From NCBI GenBank assembly GCA_965205025.1, contig CBDBFU010000012.1, positions 1-64,000 on the forward strand: 64,000 nucleotides of DNA. Direction: 5' to 3'. This stretch comes from Candidatus Poribacteria bacterium. GTDB lineage: Bacteria > Poribacteria > WGA-4E > WGA-3G. The notes below the pieces were generated by a model. The model saw only the letters and a list, made by a program, of their open reading frames with translations. It was not told the DNA's origin and searched no databases. Position numbers and translations under genes: made by a program. This document shows, piece by piece, positions 40,145 through 51,097 of the stretch. The stretch's first letter is position 1, and every line of letters begins with the position of its first letter.

Positions 40145-41194
40145 GTGAATTTACACATTAATCTTAGGAGGATAAAATTCCATTTGGAAAAACAAAAAAT
40201 AAAGGGTGTTCCGATTCAGAACAACGCTGAAGTTCAAGCCTTATTTGGCAATAGTGACGAATTCTTAAAAATAATAGAGGACGATTTTGACGTTCGCGTT
40301 GTTTTAAAAAGTGATTCCATTGCTGTTCTTGGGGATAATCAACAACAGGTAAATAGAGTCATATCAGTATTGGAATCATTACTTTACCGAATACGGAAAG
40401 GTGAACGAATACTTACAACAGATATAAATTACCTTATCCGTGCATCTGAGTCTGATGATACAGACACTTTAGATCAAAGTTCGACTGAATCTATTCCCGT
40501 TTTTTCGAAACGAGGGGTAATTCGTCCAAAGACCTCTGGACAAAAAAGGTATGTTGAGGCAATCAAAAACAACGATCTCGTATTCGGAATAGGTCCAGCT
40601 GGGACAGGAAAAACATATCTCGCTATGGCAATGGCTGTTTCCGCCCTAAAAAATGGACAAGTGAGTAGAATAATTCTAACCAGACCCGCTGTTGAAGCTG
40701 GAGAAAGACTCGGTTTTCTACCGGGTGATATTGCAGCAAAAGTTGACCCATATCTACGACCATTATATGATGCATTGTATGATATGATGCCTCCTGATTC
40801 ACTTGATAATTATATCGAACGTAATATTATTGAAGTTGCTCCTATCGCATTTATGCGTGGAAGGACATTAAACAATTCATTCGTCGTTCTTGATGAAGCA
40901 CAGAATGCAACGATTGAACAAATGAAGATGTTTCTTACACGCCTCGGTTTCGATTCAAAAGCAGTCGTTACCGGTGATATAACACAAACTGACCTACCTA
41001 CACACAAGACCTCTGGACTCGCAGACGCTCAAAATGTACTCGATGGTATCAAAGGTATCCATTTCATCTACTTTTCTAAGGAGGATGTAGTACGACATGA
41101 ATTAGTTCAGCGAATCATTGAAGCTTATGAACAAACTACTCCTCCACCTGAAATGAAAGAAATATTAACCGAAACCAATGAAACTGAAGGGTAA
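40145..41194 (+). CDS. phoH: PhoH family ATPase
   Basis: GPAGTGKT, RPAVEAGERLGFLPG, FMRGRT, DEAQN. The true start is likely TTG 40184 after GGAGG. Confidence 0.95.
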   Translation: MNLHINLRRIKFHLEKQKIKGVPIQNNAEVQALFGNSDEFLKIIEDDFDVRVVLKSDSIAVLGDNQQQVNRVISVLESLLYRIRKGERILTTDINYLIRASESDDTDTLDQSSTESIPVFSKRGVIRPKTSGQKRYVEAIKNNDLVFGIGPAGTGKTYLAMAMAVSALKNGQVSRIILTRPAVEAGERLGFLPGDIAAKVDPYLRPLYDALYDMMPPDSLDNYIERNIIEVAPIAFMRGRTLNNSFVVLDEAQNATIEQMKMFLTRLGFDSKAVVTGDITQTDLPTHKTSGLADAQNVLDGIKGIHFIYFSKEDVVRHELVQRIIEAYEQTTPPPEMKEILTETNETEG

Positions 41195-41199
41195 CGACT

Positions 41200-41637
41200 T
41201 TGATCGACGTTACCAATGATAATAATAATATCTACATTGATGTTGAAGTGGTCTATAATGCAATCAGAATTACACTAAAAGCACATAGTCTTGATGAGTA
41301 TGAAGTAAGTGTTCTGCTAACTGATGACAGACACATTAGAGAATTAAATCGAGATTATCGTGGAATAGACTCACCTACCGATGTGTTGGCTTTTGCCATG
41401 CATGATGATCAAGAAAGTAAAAAACTAAATCCCAATATCCTTGGGGATATTGTTATATCTCTCGATACAGCAGAACGACAAGCAAAGGCAGCACAACATT
41501 CATTTAATAAAGAAGTAGTAGTTCTTACAATTCACGGAATACTTCATCTGATTGGATATGATCATAAAACACATGAAGAAGCAAATATAATGTTTGAAAA
41601 ACAGAATTACCTGTTAAAGAGTATTTGGAACGACTAA
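41200..41637 (+). CDS. ybeY: rRNA maturation RNase YbeY
   Basis: LNRDYRG.D.PTDVLAF, HGILHLIGYDH. Confidence 0.95.
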   Translation: MIDVTNDNNNIYIDVEVVYNAIRITLKAHSLDEYEVSVLLTDDRHIRELNRDYRGIDSPTDVLAFAMHDDQESKKLNPNILGDIVISLDTAERQAKAAQHSFNKEVVVLTIHGILHLIGYDHKTHEEANIMFEKQNYLLKSIWND

Positions 41638-41732
41638 TCATAATCTATTTTAAATCTATCTGTATGTTCAACGAAGTTAACACTGAGTATTCTAATTGTA
41701 TTTATCATACATAATTAAATGATATTGGAGGT

Positions 41733-43028
41733 GTGAATTCACGTTTGGATGACCTACATTTAGCTACAAGATTAGTTCTTTTGGGAATACTGTTGATATT
41801 AAATGCTCTATTTTCTGCTGCTGAAGCATTGCTTGCTCGGTTGACACGTACTGATATTTTGGAATTTGCTGAGGAAGGTGGCAAAAGGTACGAGGTGTTA
41901 ACATCTCTATTGCGGTACCCCCGTCGATATTCATTAACTATTATCACAGCAAAAACCTTATTGATAGTTGCCAGTGTCTTGCTGATAATACAGTTTCCAT
42001 TACACCCATTAATAGAAGTTGGTATTGCTGCTTTCCTACTAGTAGTTTTTACTGAGTTATTCCCTAAAAACTACGTCCAAGGGAGTCCAAGTGGGGCTAC
42101 TATTCGAGCATTGCGTGCTTTACGTGTCGTATATTGGGGTGGATTTTTGATACTAACCCCATTAAATTACATTGTTAATATACTTGTGCGTATTTTTGGA
42201 GGAAAAAGTGCTTCAGCACATGATAGTCTTGTATCACCAGAAGTATTAGAGACACTGGATAACGTTGCAGATAGTCAAAATATATTAGAACCCGATGACC
42301 GTGAAATGATTTCAAGGATATTGGATTTACCTGACAAAGTCGCCCGTGAAATCATGGTTGCTCGAACGGATATGGTTTGTCTTGATCTTTCAACTCCTGA
42401 AGAGGAAGTATTACAGACTACTATTGCATGTCGACATACACGTATACCTATATATGAAGAAACTATTGATCAGATCGTCGGGATACTACATGTCAAAGAT
42501 ATGTTGGATTGTTGGGCAGAGGATAAACCAGTAAACCTGCATCATCTTATAGTAGATCGACAACCATTTTTTACACCAGAAAGTAAAAAGATCTCTGAGT
42601 TGTTTAGAGAATTACGCGAACATAAACAACACATTGCAATTGTCGTTGATGAATATGGGGGTACGGCTGGAATCATAACTCTTGAGAATATTATTGAAGA
42701 GATTGTCGGAGAAATACAAGATGAAGATGAAGTAGACGAACAAGAGGAATATATACAAATTAGTTCAGATGTTTACTCTGTTGACGCAAGATTAAACCTT
42801 GTTGAATTGAATGAAAAGCTTGAGACCGAACTTGAAGCAGAAAATATAGATACAATTGGTGGATTTCTTGTTGACCACTTCGGAAGAGTTCCTGACCAGG
42901 ATGAAGTATTTACATATAGAGGAATTAACTTTACCATATTAGAGTCCGATGAACGAAGAATTCAAAGAATACAAATTCAGATGCCTAAAACAACATCTGT
43001 TTCTGATGATATTGAGGATAAGACTTGA
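41733..43028 (+). CDS. HlyC/CorC (CNNM-CBS) family transporter
   Basis: FSAAE, ELFPK, HTRIPIY, VVDEYGGTAG, CorC C-terminal domain. Confidence 0.92.
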   Translation: MNSRLDDLHLATRLVLLGILLILNALFSAAEALLARLTRTDILEFAEEGGKRYEVLTSLLRYPRRYSLTIITAKTLLIVASVLLIIQFPLHPLIEVGIAAFLLVVFTELFPKNYVQGSPSGATIRALRALRVVYWGGFLILTPLNYIVNILVRIFGGKSASAHDSLVSPEVLETLDNVADSQNILEPDDREMISRILDLPDKVAREIMVARTDMVCLDLSTPEEEVLQTTIACRHTRIPIYEETIDQIVGILHVKDMLDCWAEDKPVNLHHLIVDRQPFFTPESKKISELFRELREHKQHIAIVVDEYGGTAGIITLENIIEEIVGEIQDEDEVDEQEEYIQISSDVYSVDARLNLVELNEKLETELEAENIDTIGGFLVDHFGRVPDQDEVFTYRGINFTILESDERRIQRIQIQMPKTTSVSDDIEDKT

Positions 43029-43054
43029 CATCTCTGTATAAAGAGATGTATAAT
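43025..43054 (+). promoter_or_regulatory. sigma70 promoter for tRNA-Pro/recO
   Basis: TTGACA-18 bp-TATAAT, 11 bp before the tRNA. Confidence 0.75.
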
Positions 43055-43065
43055 TTACACGATTA

Positions 43066-43140
<75 letters not shown>

Positions 43141-43194
43141 TAAAATCCTTCCTAAATAATAGTGTGTTAATAAAGTTCTACACACATTAGAAAC

Positions 43195-43989
43195 ATGCTT
43201 GTTCATAAAACACCTGCAGTTGTAATTCGCACCTATCCATTTCAAGATTCCCATAAAATAATCACTTTCTATACACCCGAATATGGAAAAGTTAAAGTCG
43301 TTGCTTACGGTGTAAAAAGTCCTAAGAGCAAACTTAGTGGTAGTTTAGAACTACTTAACCACGGAATGCTCCTTTTTAATTATAAAGAAAATAGGGATCT
43401 TCAAAGTCTCACTGGTTTTGATTTAATTGAAGGTTTTGATGGAATTCGTTCCGATTTTACACGGATCACATACGGATGCTATTTTGCTGAGTTAGTTGAT
43501 GCAATTACGATTGAAGGGGATGCAAATCCTGATATCTTTAATTTATTGATATATACATATCAATTCTTATCCGAAATTGATGATGTGCCATTGCTGGCAA
43601 GAGTTTTTGAAATAAAGTTTTTGGAACTTGCTGGTTTTTCTCCACAACTTACTCAATGTGCCAATTGTAGTTCAGAGGTGACTGCATTCCTACCTAAAAA
43701 ATTGAAATCAAATTATTCTGGATCACCAGAAATTGTATTTAGTGTTGGACACGGAGGCGTTCTATGCATTGAATGTCATCATAGGGATACCAATGCTTTC
43801 TCAATTGCTCCTGGAAGTTGTGAACTTTTAAAGACATTAAGATCATCTGACCTAACTATGCTAAATCGGATTCGTGCTTCATCTCGTAATCATCGTGAAT
43901 TGAAATTATTACTTAGTAGTTTTATTCAATACCATACTGAACGAAATATTAAAAGTCTAAAATTTATTGAAAACGTGTTAGATACATAA
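43195..43989 (+). CDS. recO: DNA repair protein RecO
   Basis: YGKVKVVAYG, GFSPQL..CANC...GGVLC..C; synteny with phoH-ybeY. Confidence 0.93.
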   Translation: MLVHKTPAVVIRTYPFQDSHKIITFYTPEYGKVKVVAYGVKSPKSKLSGSLELLNHGMLLFNYKENRDLQSLTGFDLIEGFDGIRSDFTRITYGCYFAELVDAITIEGDANPDIFNLLIYTYQFLSEIDDVPLLARVFEIKFLELAGFSPQLTQCANCSSEVTAFLPKKLKSNYSGSPEIVFSVGHGGVLCIECHHRDTNAFSIAPGSCELLKTLRSSDLTMLNRIRASSRNHRELKLLLSSFIQYHTERNIKSLKFIENVLDT

Positions 43990-44046
43990 GGTTTACCCCC
44001 TTACTATATGTACAGCTGCATGTTATTCAGAGAAAGGAGTTAAATA

Positions 44047-47000
44047 TTGAAAGTTGATAACATTTTCAAAATACTGCTATTATCTCTCATTTTAATTTTT
44101 ACTATTTTTATATTCAATATCCATTATATCAATGCTGCAACAATTGGTAAAATATCTGGCATAATAACTAATGAAGCTAATAATGCACCTATAACCAATG
44201 CTATTGTAACGATTGTTGGTACAAATACTACCGCCACAACAAATGAATCTGGATATTATGTAATGACGAATATCCCACCCGGTGGGTATGATGTCAAAGT
44301 TGAAATTACTGGATACCGGACCAAGACTGTTAAAGCAAATAGAGTTTTTGCAGGTCTAACTACCACAATAAACTTTACATTAGAAGCTACAGAAGTTGCT
44401 GAGTTAGAAGGTGTAATAGTTACTGCAGCTAAACCTCTGATAAAGAAAGATGTAACACAAACAACTCGAATTGTTGAAGCTGATGAAATTGCATCTATGC
44501 CGCGTGATACCGTAAACGGAATATTACAAACTCAACCGGGTGTGGCTGTGTTAAACTCGTCAGGTTCATTGCATGTTCGAGGTGGTAGATCGATGGAGAT
44601 AAAATACCTTATAGATGGTATACCTGTTAATGATCCCATAGGAAGGGGTTTAGGACTGCAAATTAGTACTAATGCTCTTGAACAGATGGAAGTTATCACA
44701 GGGGGATTTAACGCTGAACATGGTGATGCACAATCAGGTATAATTAATCTAATTACAAAGGTTGGTACACAACATTTTTCTGGTAGATTTAGGTATCGGG
44801 TAGGACAGTGGAATGAACACCATGGTGATCCATTATTTGGTCCGTGGTTGGACCCAGATAACGATTTCCGTCCAGTTGCACTTGAACCCTTTAGAGGTAT
44901 TTTCATTGGAAAACCGTTTGATTATCAGACACCTTATCGTGGAGACGACACTACTGTGGAGGAATTGGCAAACAAAACAGGAGATGAAAAGGTGGAATTC
45001 ACTGAAATCTTTCCCGGTGTCTATGCCGATAGGATAGAGAATCCTCTTCAACCTGTAATAGATCCTGAAACTGGTGAATCTAAGGTTGATGCAGATACTG
45101 GTGAAGTAATTATGATGCCTCAACCCTTCAAAGATTCAGACGGAACAGTCATCGATTATGAGAAGAAACAGGTAACACTACTTGATGGTTATATTGTTGA
45201 CTTAGAGGAATATAGTAACCTGTATAATGATACAAGAAAATATGACTTATCACCAAGTCATATTGGGGAATTTGCACTTAGTGGACCAATATGGGATAAT
45301 CGGTTGACATTTTCATTTGCAAGTCAATTACGTAGGGATACAAGCTATCTACCAAATAATGATGGGTCAGGATATACACTTCAAGGAAAACTGAAATTTG
45401 AGGTAACACCTGAAATCAAAATCACTGGAAGTGGACTCTTTGATAAACGGGAATTCAACAACTATGGTGGTGGTCTTCGGTATTGGCATCAAGCAGTTGA
45501 AGTAGACAATAGAGATGGTAGAAGCCTTTCTGTTCAACTCTCCCATAACTTGTCCTCTGGAACATTCTATACCGTTACATTCGGACAATTCCATCGAAAC
45601 TTCAGTAGTCATCAACCAGGTAAAATTTGGGATCCTCTGAATAAGACTTTTGAGGAAAATGCCTACGACCCAAAGAAATCTTTTGAACAGAATCAATCTG
45701 AAGGACGTATTAGAAATCCTGCTCAACAAGCATATAACGATTCAACCTTCTCCATTGCTGGTGATAATAATTCCTGGACCGATCGTACTTCCACCACATC
45801 ACTTGTTAAAGGGGTTTTCGCAAGTCAAGTGACAGAAAACCATCAAGTACAAACAGGTGTCGAATTCTCAACAAACCATCTTTACAATCTCGGTGCAACA
45901 AACTATGGAAGTTCAAATCTCTATATGGAGTTTTATGATGTTACTCCTACATCCTTTAGTCTATATTCACAAGATAAGATGGAATATGCAGGGATGATTG
46001 TCAATGCAGGTTTAAGGTATGATCTATATAAGCCAGACGGTATTTCTCCTGAAGATCCACTGGATCCTCTTGAACTGAATGACGATGGTACAATCAAACT
46101 GGATAAGAGCGTATATAATGTAGGATTACCTATTATAAAAAACCCTGTTGAGCCAACTACAAAGCATATGGTCGCTCCCAGACTCGGTATTTCCTTCCCA
46201 ATTACGGATCGAGCAAAATTACATTTTACTTATGGACATTACTATCAGATTCCAAGAGGCGATGATCTGTATGAGAATCTAAGCTTTGACATGCGCGGTG
46301 CTATCAGAAGAAGAGGTAATCCTGATATGGATCCAGAAAAGACTATTGCTTATGAAGTCGGTGTAATCCAACAATTTACTGAGGATCTCACTGTTGATAT
46401 TACTGGTTTTACAAAAGATGTGGATAACCTCGTCAGTAGTGTTCATGTTGATATTACGAATGATTATAGTTATTTCATTAACGACATATACGGAAGAGTA
46501 CAAGGTTTTGAACTCTTAATTCGAAAATGGCGTACTGGAAACAGTCCAGTTTCGGGGATGATTAGTTACACTTATTCAGTTGCTAAAGGAAAAGGTTCCA
46601 GTAGAAATTTAGGATACCTTACATATTACCGACAGCAACCTGAAGTAACAGAAAGTCATCCTTTGAATTGGGATCAACGTCATATTGTTTCTGCTGCCTT
46701 AGACATTCAACTACCATTTACTTCTGCTGTGAATCTGGTAGGGAGATATGCCAGCGGTTTACCTTACACCCCGAATCCAAGAGCACCCATTAAACCTGCA
46801 ATCAACTCAAAGCGGTATCCTGCAACATACAACGTTGATGCATTGGTTAGTAAACGAAGTACTATCGGTGGATTTACATATACTTTCTTTGCAGATATTA
46901 GAAACATCTTTAATACAAAGAACTTAGACAATTTACTGGATGCAGTTACCTATGACCGGTATGGTATTCCACTTACCGCACAGAAACATACCAGTCCTAT

Positions 47001-47052
47001 ATCATGGAGTTCACCGCGCTTGATTATGGTGGGTGTGAGTCTGGATTTTTAA
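44047..47052 (+). CDS. TonB-dependent receptor with N-terminal carboxypeptidase-like regulatory domain
   Basis: GKISG...GYY...PPG.Y; plug LHVRGGR...GGFNAEHG.AQSG; APRLGISFP; C-terminal Phe. Confidence 0.93.
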   Translation: MKVDNIFKILLLSLILIFTIFIFNIHYINAATIGKISGIITNEANNAPITNAIVTIVGTNTTATTNESGYYVMTNIPPGGYDVKVEITGYRTKTVKANRVFAGLTTTINFTLEATEVAELEGVIVTAAKPLIKKDVTQTTRIVEADEIASMPRDTVNGILQTQPGVAVLNSSGSLHVRGGRSMEIKYLIDGIPVNDPIGRGLGLQISTNALEQMEVITGGFNAEHGDAQSGIINLITKVGTQHFSGRFRYRVGQWNEHHGDPLFGPWLDPDNDFRPVALEPFRGIFIGKPFDYQTPYRGDDTTVEELANKTGDEKVEFTEIFPGVYADRIENPLQPVIDPETGESKVDADTGEVIMMPQPFKDSDGTVIDYEKKQVTLLDGYIVDLEEYSNLYNDTRKYDLSPSHIGEFALSGPIWDNRLTFSFASQLRRDTSYLPNNDGSGYTLQGKLKFEVTPEIKITGSGLFDKREFNNYGGGLRYWHQAVEVDNRDGRSLSVQLSHNLSSGTFYTVTFGQFHRNFSSHQPGKIWDPLNKTFEENAYDPKKSFEQNQSEGRIRNPAQQAYNDSTFSIAGDNNSWTDRTSTTSLVKGVFASQVTENHQVQTGVEFSTNHLYNLGATNYGSSNLYMEFYDVTPTSFSLYSQDKMEYAGMIVNAGLRYDLYKPDGISPEDPLDPLELNDDGTIKLDKSVYNVGLPIIKNPVEPTTKHMVAPRLGISFPITDRAKLHFTYGHYYQIPRGDDLYENLSFDMRGAIRRRGNPDMDPEKTIAYEVGVIQQFTEDLTVDITGFTKDVDNLVSSVHVDITNDYSYFINDIYGRVQGFELLIRKWRTGNSPVSGMISYTYSVAKGKGSSRNLGYLTYYRQQPEVTESHPLNWDQRHIVSAALDIQLPFTSAVNLVGRYASGLPYTPNPRAPIKPAINSKRYPATYNVDALVSKRSTIGGFTYTFFADIRNIFNTKNLDNLLDAVTYDRYGIPLTAQKHTSPISWSSPRLIMVGVSLDF

Positions 47053-47193
47053 CTCAATCATTGGTGCATATTAGATACTCCTTTAACAGAATATCTATTT
47101 ATGAATCATAAGGTTATCATGGATGTAAATACCCTTTCTAAATTGAAATTCTAATTTGATAGAATCAAAATATCATTAATACTGGGGATTAAA

Positions 47194-47859
47194 ATGGATG
47201 AAAAATGTATTATAAAGACGGATTTAGAAGCCGTTATTGAAGGTATAAAAAGGTTGGGACCGAAAGTTCGAGGATTTGGATCTGTAGATCCAGCATGGGG
47301 AAGACCACCAGCCGTACTTGTAATAGACTGTGTCCTATCGCTTAATCGAAGATATGATAGTTTTGTTGTTCCTCGAATAGAGAATTTCATGGAAAAACAC
47401 CCTGATATACAGAGTGTTAACGAATTAAGGATTTTAATTGCAAAATATCCTACTCCACATGACTTTATGCATCAAGAACTTAATTATAATTATGAAGAGC
47501 GTGCAAATACACTACTGAAGGTTGTTGATTTTCTATCTCAGATTATTCGAAATGCTTCAAATATGCAAGAAGACGAAGCTCTTAAGCAATGGGCAATAAA
47601 GGCAAAAGTTGAAGAATACCAAGCTCTTAATATAGTAGGTTTTGGTATTGCGGGTTTTCAATATCTTCGTATGTTATTTGGAGCAGATACATCAAAACCT
47701 GATGTACACATAATCAGATTTGTATCAAACCTAATTAATCGTAATGTTTCACCTATTGAAGCACTAAATCTATTGGAAGCATCCTCAGCATACTTAGAAC
47801 TTTCTGTTCGTGATGTTGACACCTTTATTTGGGAGATTAGTGCAAGACCACAGCGATAA
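47194..47859 (+). CDS. HhH-GPD-like (DNA glycosylase fold) hypothetical protein
   Basis: VIDCVLS, I.GFG.A...YLRML.G....KPDVH..RF, D..IW. Confidence 0.6.
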   Translation: MDEKCIIKTDLEAVIEGIKRLGPKVRGFGSVDPAWGRPPAVLVIDCVLSLNRRYDSFVVPRIENFMEKHPDIQSVNELRILIAKYPTPHDFMHQELNYNYEERANTLLKVVDFLSQIIRNASNMQEDEALKQWAIKAKVEEYQALNIVGFGIAGFQYLRMLFGADTSKPDVHIIRFVSNLINRNVSPIEALNLLEASSAYLELSVRDVDTFIWEISARPQR

Positions 47860-48048
47860 GTGGTTGTGGCAAGTATTGATTTCACATCCAAAACAAAATA
47901 TAGAAATTTCTGGACACCAATCCTTGAAGGAAAATATGGACTAATGCTCGAAGGTAAAAATGATAGAGATGATTGGGATGAAATCCGAGAGGAATTGGTT
48001 CCCATGGGAACTGATATTTACAATATAATTGACAAATCTGGTCTATAG
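47860..48048 (+). pseudogene. Internally deleted fragment of a DUF4268-like gene
   Basis: FWTPILEG and GKN...DWDEIRE.LV.MGTDIYN.ID.SGL match two separate parts of 48286..49095. Confidence 0.75.
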
Positions 48049-48104
48049 AGGAATTAACCATTAGCGTCAATTTTAGGATATAATGCCCTTGCTTTTGGTA
48101 AACT

Positions 48105-48186
48105 GAGTCCCGTAGGGACGAAATGTCTATAGAAAAACGTGTTTGTCCACTATCTTGAGTCCCGTAGGGACGAAATGTCTATAGAA
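48105..48186 (+). repeat. Repeat-spacer-repeat unit (period 52)
   Basis: Two identical GAGTCCCGTAGGGACGAAATGTCTATAGAA copies around a unique spacer. Confidence 0.85.
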
Positions 48187-48285
48187 TACCTATTGAAGTA
48201 AATTGACTTTTCCGAATGCTAATAATGTAAACTAATCAAATAGAGTTGGTATTATCTATTAACTTCGATTCAAATAAGGACATTA

Positions 48286-49095
48286 ATGAATCTCCAAAAG
48301 AATATACCATTAACAGATATATACACCAACGAAGAAGAATTCTCAGCAGATCTCGCAGAAAATCTGGACGCATTCAAAGTTGGTAATTTTGAAAATCCTA
48401 AGATAGAAGTCAATGTTGATGCTCTTAAAGCAGACATAGTTGCTGAAGGAGAAGATGGAACTTTGGTGGTTGAAAATCAGTTTGGTAAAGCAAATTGGGA
48501 TCACTGGGGTAGACTTGAGGCATATGCGCGGTTTTTAGAGGTGACGGTCGCTGTACTTGTAGCTGAAGATTTTGTAGACCTGATGATTACGACATGTCGT
48601 TTACGTAACAACGAAAGTGAGGTTAATTGGTATCTAATTGAAGTTAAAGCAAATTCACATTGTGAATTGTCTTTTCGACATGTTGCCCGGCCATCAATAG
48701 ATCCAGATGTTGAATATAGTGAGTTTTGGCAGCCAATTCGTGATGGCTTGTTTGGTGAATTATTCACAGGAACTCCAGTTCCTATAAATCAAGAAAGATC
48801 TATAGGGAAGCAATATAAGCGTATACGATTAACTTTAAATCTACTCAATGATAGCTGCTATATCCAACTAAAATTTCGTGGATCTGATAGGGATGAACGA
48901 AGGGAAGATGTAATGAAGTTATTTCAAGAGTCTGAATACGATTATACATATCGTGATTCTGCAAAATTTTCCTCAGTTATATTCACAGTCATTAACAAAG
49001 GTAAAAATCATCAAGAAGATTGGGATGAAATACGAGAAAAATTGGTTACTATGGGAACTGATATTTACAATAAAATTGACGAATCTGGTCTATAG
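48286..49095 (+). CDS. Putative PD-(D/E)xK nuclease-like protein with DUF4268-like C-terminus
   Basis: EEEFS..L.ENL, ADI, VVENQFGK..WDH.G.L..YA; C-terminal YSEFW...DWDEI. Confidence 0.65.
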   Translation: MNLQKNIPLTDIYTNEEEFSADLAENLDAFKVGNFENPKIEVNVDALKADIVAEGEDGTLVVENQFGKANWDHWGRLEAYARFLEVTVAVLVAEDFVDLMITTCRLRNNESEVNWYLIEVKANSHCELSFRHVARPSIDPDVEYSEFWQPIRDGLFGELFTGTPVPINQERSIGKQYKRIRLTLNLLNDSCYIQLKFRGSDRDERREDVMKLFQESEYDYTYRDSAKFSSVIFTVINKGKNHQEDWDEIREKLVTMGTDIYNKIDESGL

Positions 49096-49131
49096 AGGAA
49101 TTAACCATTAGTACAAATAAAGAAGAAGGAA

Positions 49132-50140
49132 ATGACAATGGACAAAACCTATAACGTTGCAATCATAGGATGTGGTGGGATTTCACATATGCATGCCGGA
49201 TGGTATGTAAATGAACCAAGAACAACTATAGCTGCAATCTCCGATATTGATGAAGAACGATTAAAAGCTTACGGCGAAAGATATGAGGTAGAAAAACAAT
49301 ATACCGATTTTGTCAAAATGCTCGAAACAGAAGATATTGATCTTGTATCAATTTGCACCCGTCCAAAACACCATGCCCCTTTAGTGATAGAAGCAGCAAA
49401 ACATGGTATAAAAGGCATTTTATCCGAAAAACCTATGGCTGAAAACCTTGGACAAGGTAGAGAAATGCTTGATTCCTGCCAACAACACGGTGTGAAACTG
49501 GCAATTGACCATCAAGTTCGATTCAGTGCTCCCTATCAGCATGCACGTCAAATGATTGCTGATGGTGCAATCGGTGACATTTTTCGAATTCATGGTATTT
49601 GTGGTGGAGGTGACCTTAAGGACAACGCTACACATACTGTAGATCTTATGTTGTATGTTTATGGGGATCGTCCTGTCAGTTGGGTAATTGGTCAAATTGA
49701 ACGTATCGGTACTCCAACGAAATATGATTTACATTCTGAAGATTTCGCAGTTGGTTACTTCAAATTTGAAGACAATGCACGCGGGATCATAGAATCTGGT
49801 AATGATACTGCCCCGGGTTATCACCATATCTATTGCTACGGTACAGAAGGTGAAATTGAACTCGCCGCACCGGGTGGACCAGGGATTTCGATACAGAACA
49901 CAGGAAACAGGTGGAGAATGGATGTCTCCTGAACTACCATCGGAAGTCACACCAGTGCATGACATGATTGATGCTATTGAGGAAGACAGAGAACACAGAT
50001 CAAGTGGTTATCAAGGATATGCAACCCTTGAACTACTGATGGCAATATATCAATCCTCTCGAACCAGACGTCGCGTTCAACTACCTATGGAAGAGATGGA
50101 ATCCCCCTTAACATTGATGATTGAAGATGGTTGGGTATAA
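49132..50140 (+). CDS. Gfo/Idh/MocA oxidoreductase (frameshift near 49882)
   Basis: IIGCGGI, EKPMA, H.VD. The C-terminal A...LE...AIYQS..V.LP is in another frame; removing one G from AGGG (49881-49884) joins the two. Confidence 0.85.
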
Positions 50141-50173
50141 AGAGTATTAATCTAAACAAAGCATAATAGAATT

Positions 50174-50818
50174 ATGGATATAGATCAATTCCTCTCAATT
50201 TTTAAAATCGTTTGTCCAATATTATTCGGTACAATGTCAACTGATTTATTAGTAATTGCACTTAGAGGAATCATTACAAGACGACCTTTCTTAGTCTCAT
50301 ATAGGTGGCTGCTATATTTAAAGTTTGTTTGGTTTATACCATGTATTCTATTATTCTTATTTCTTCCTGTAATATCCTCATTCTTACTCTTATTCAAGTG
50401 GTTAATGCCCGTTGTTTTTACTGTTGGTCTGGTGATTGGTTGTTTTGTGTTAAAAGGTTATTCTGCTTATGGTGTTTCAGACATCACTTTTCGTGAAGCA
50501 TTAATCACTACACTTGATAAACTACAGTTGTCTTATGAAGGAACTCTCTCATCAATACGACTAACATCAATACGACTTACATCTGTTGATGCGGATCTAC
50601 AGGTAGCTGTCGTTTCTTGGCTGGGATCTGGAATGATCAAGATCAAACAACGGGAACATAGAACATTACTAACACAAATTGTATCTGAAATGAATACTTA
50701 CTTCCGTATGTCATCTACACCATCAAACCTTATTCTATGTATAATCGAATTGGTTTTTGGAATCCTGATGTTTAGTGTCGGTGTTGGGTTGACATTCTTA
50801 TTGTTTAAAATACCATAA
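50174..50818 (+). CDS. Uncharacterised membrane protein (paralog 1)
   Basis: 4 TM segments; highly similar to 51098..51712. Confidence 0.8.
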   Translation: MDIDQFLSIFKIVCPILFGTMSTDLLVIALRGIITRRPFLVSYRWLLYLKFVWFIPCILLFLFLPVISSFLLLFKWLMPVVFTVGLVIGCFVLKGYSAYGVSDITFREALITTLDKLQLSYEGTLSSIRLTSIRLTSVDADLQVAVVSWLGSGMIKIKQREHRTLLTQIVSEMNTYFRMSSTPSNLILCIIELVFGILMFSVGVGLTFLLFKIP

Positions 50819-51097
50819 ATCTATTCTCAATACCTTCACCAATTATCCTGGATTTAGTTCAGGCTGTGTGTGATGAATAGCACCGATAGAACAGAGGAGT
50901 TGTGTGATTTACTCAATAACAATAGGTTCAGGTTTTTATGGATTGAATATTATTGGAAACTATCTTCTGTAGGAGCAATCTCCCGGTCGCGACATGGAGA
51001 TTGACCCTGCCAAATCTCCACAATCAATGCGACAGTATATTTTAGAAATGGTATTACTATTAAATAGTTTTAATCTCAACAAAGCATAATAGGAGTT

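Noticed and set aside
48105-48186. CRISPR array
   Set aside because: Only two repeats per locus, spacers of about 20 nt, no cas genes in the window, and copies dispersed in MITE-like contexts. Kept as a repeat finding.
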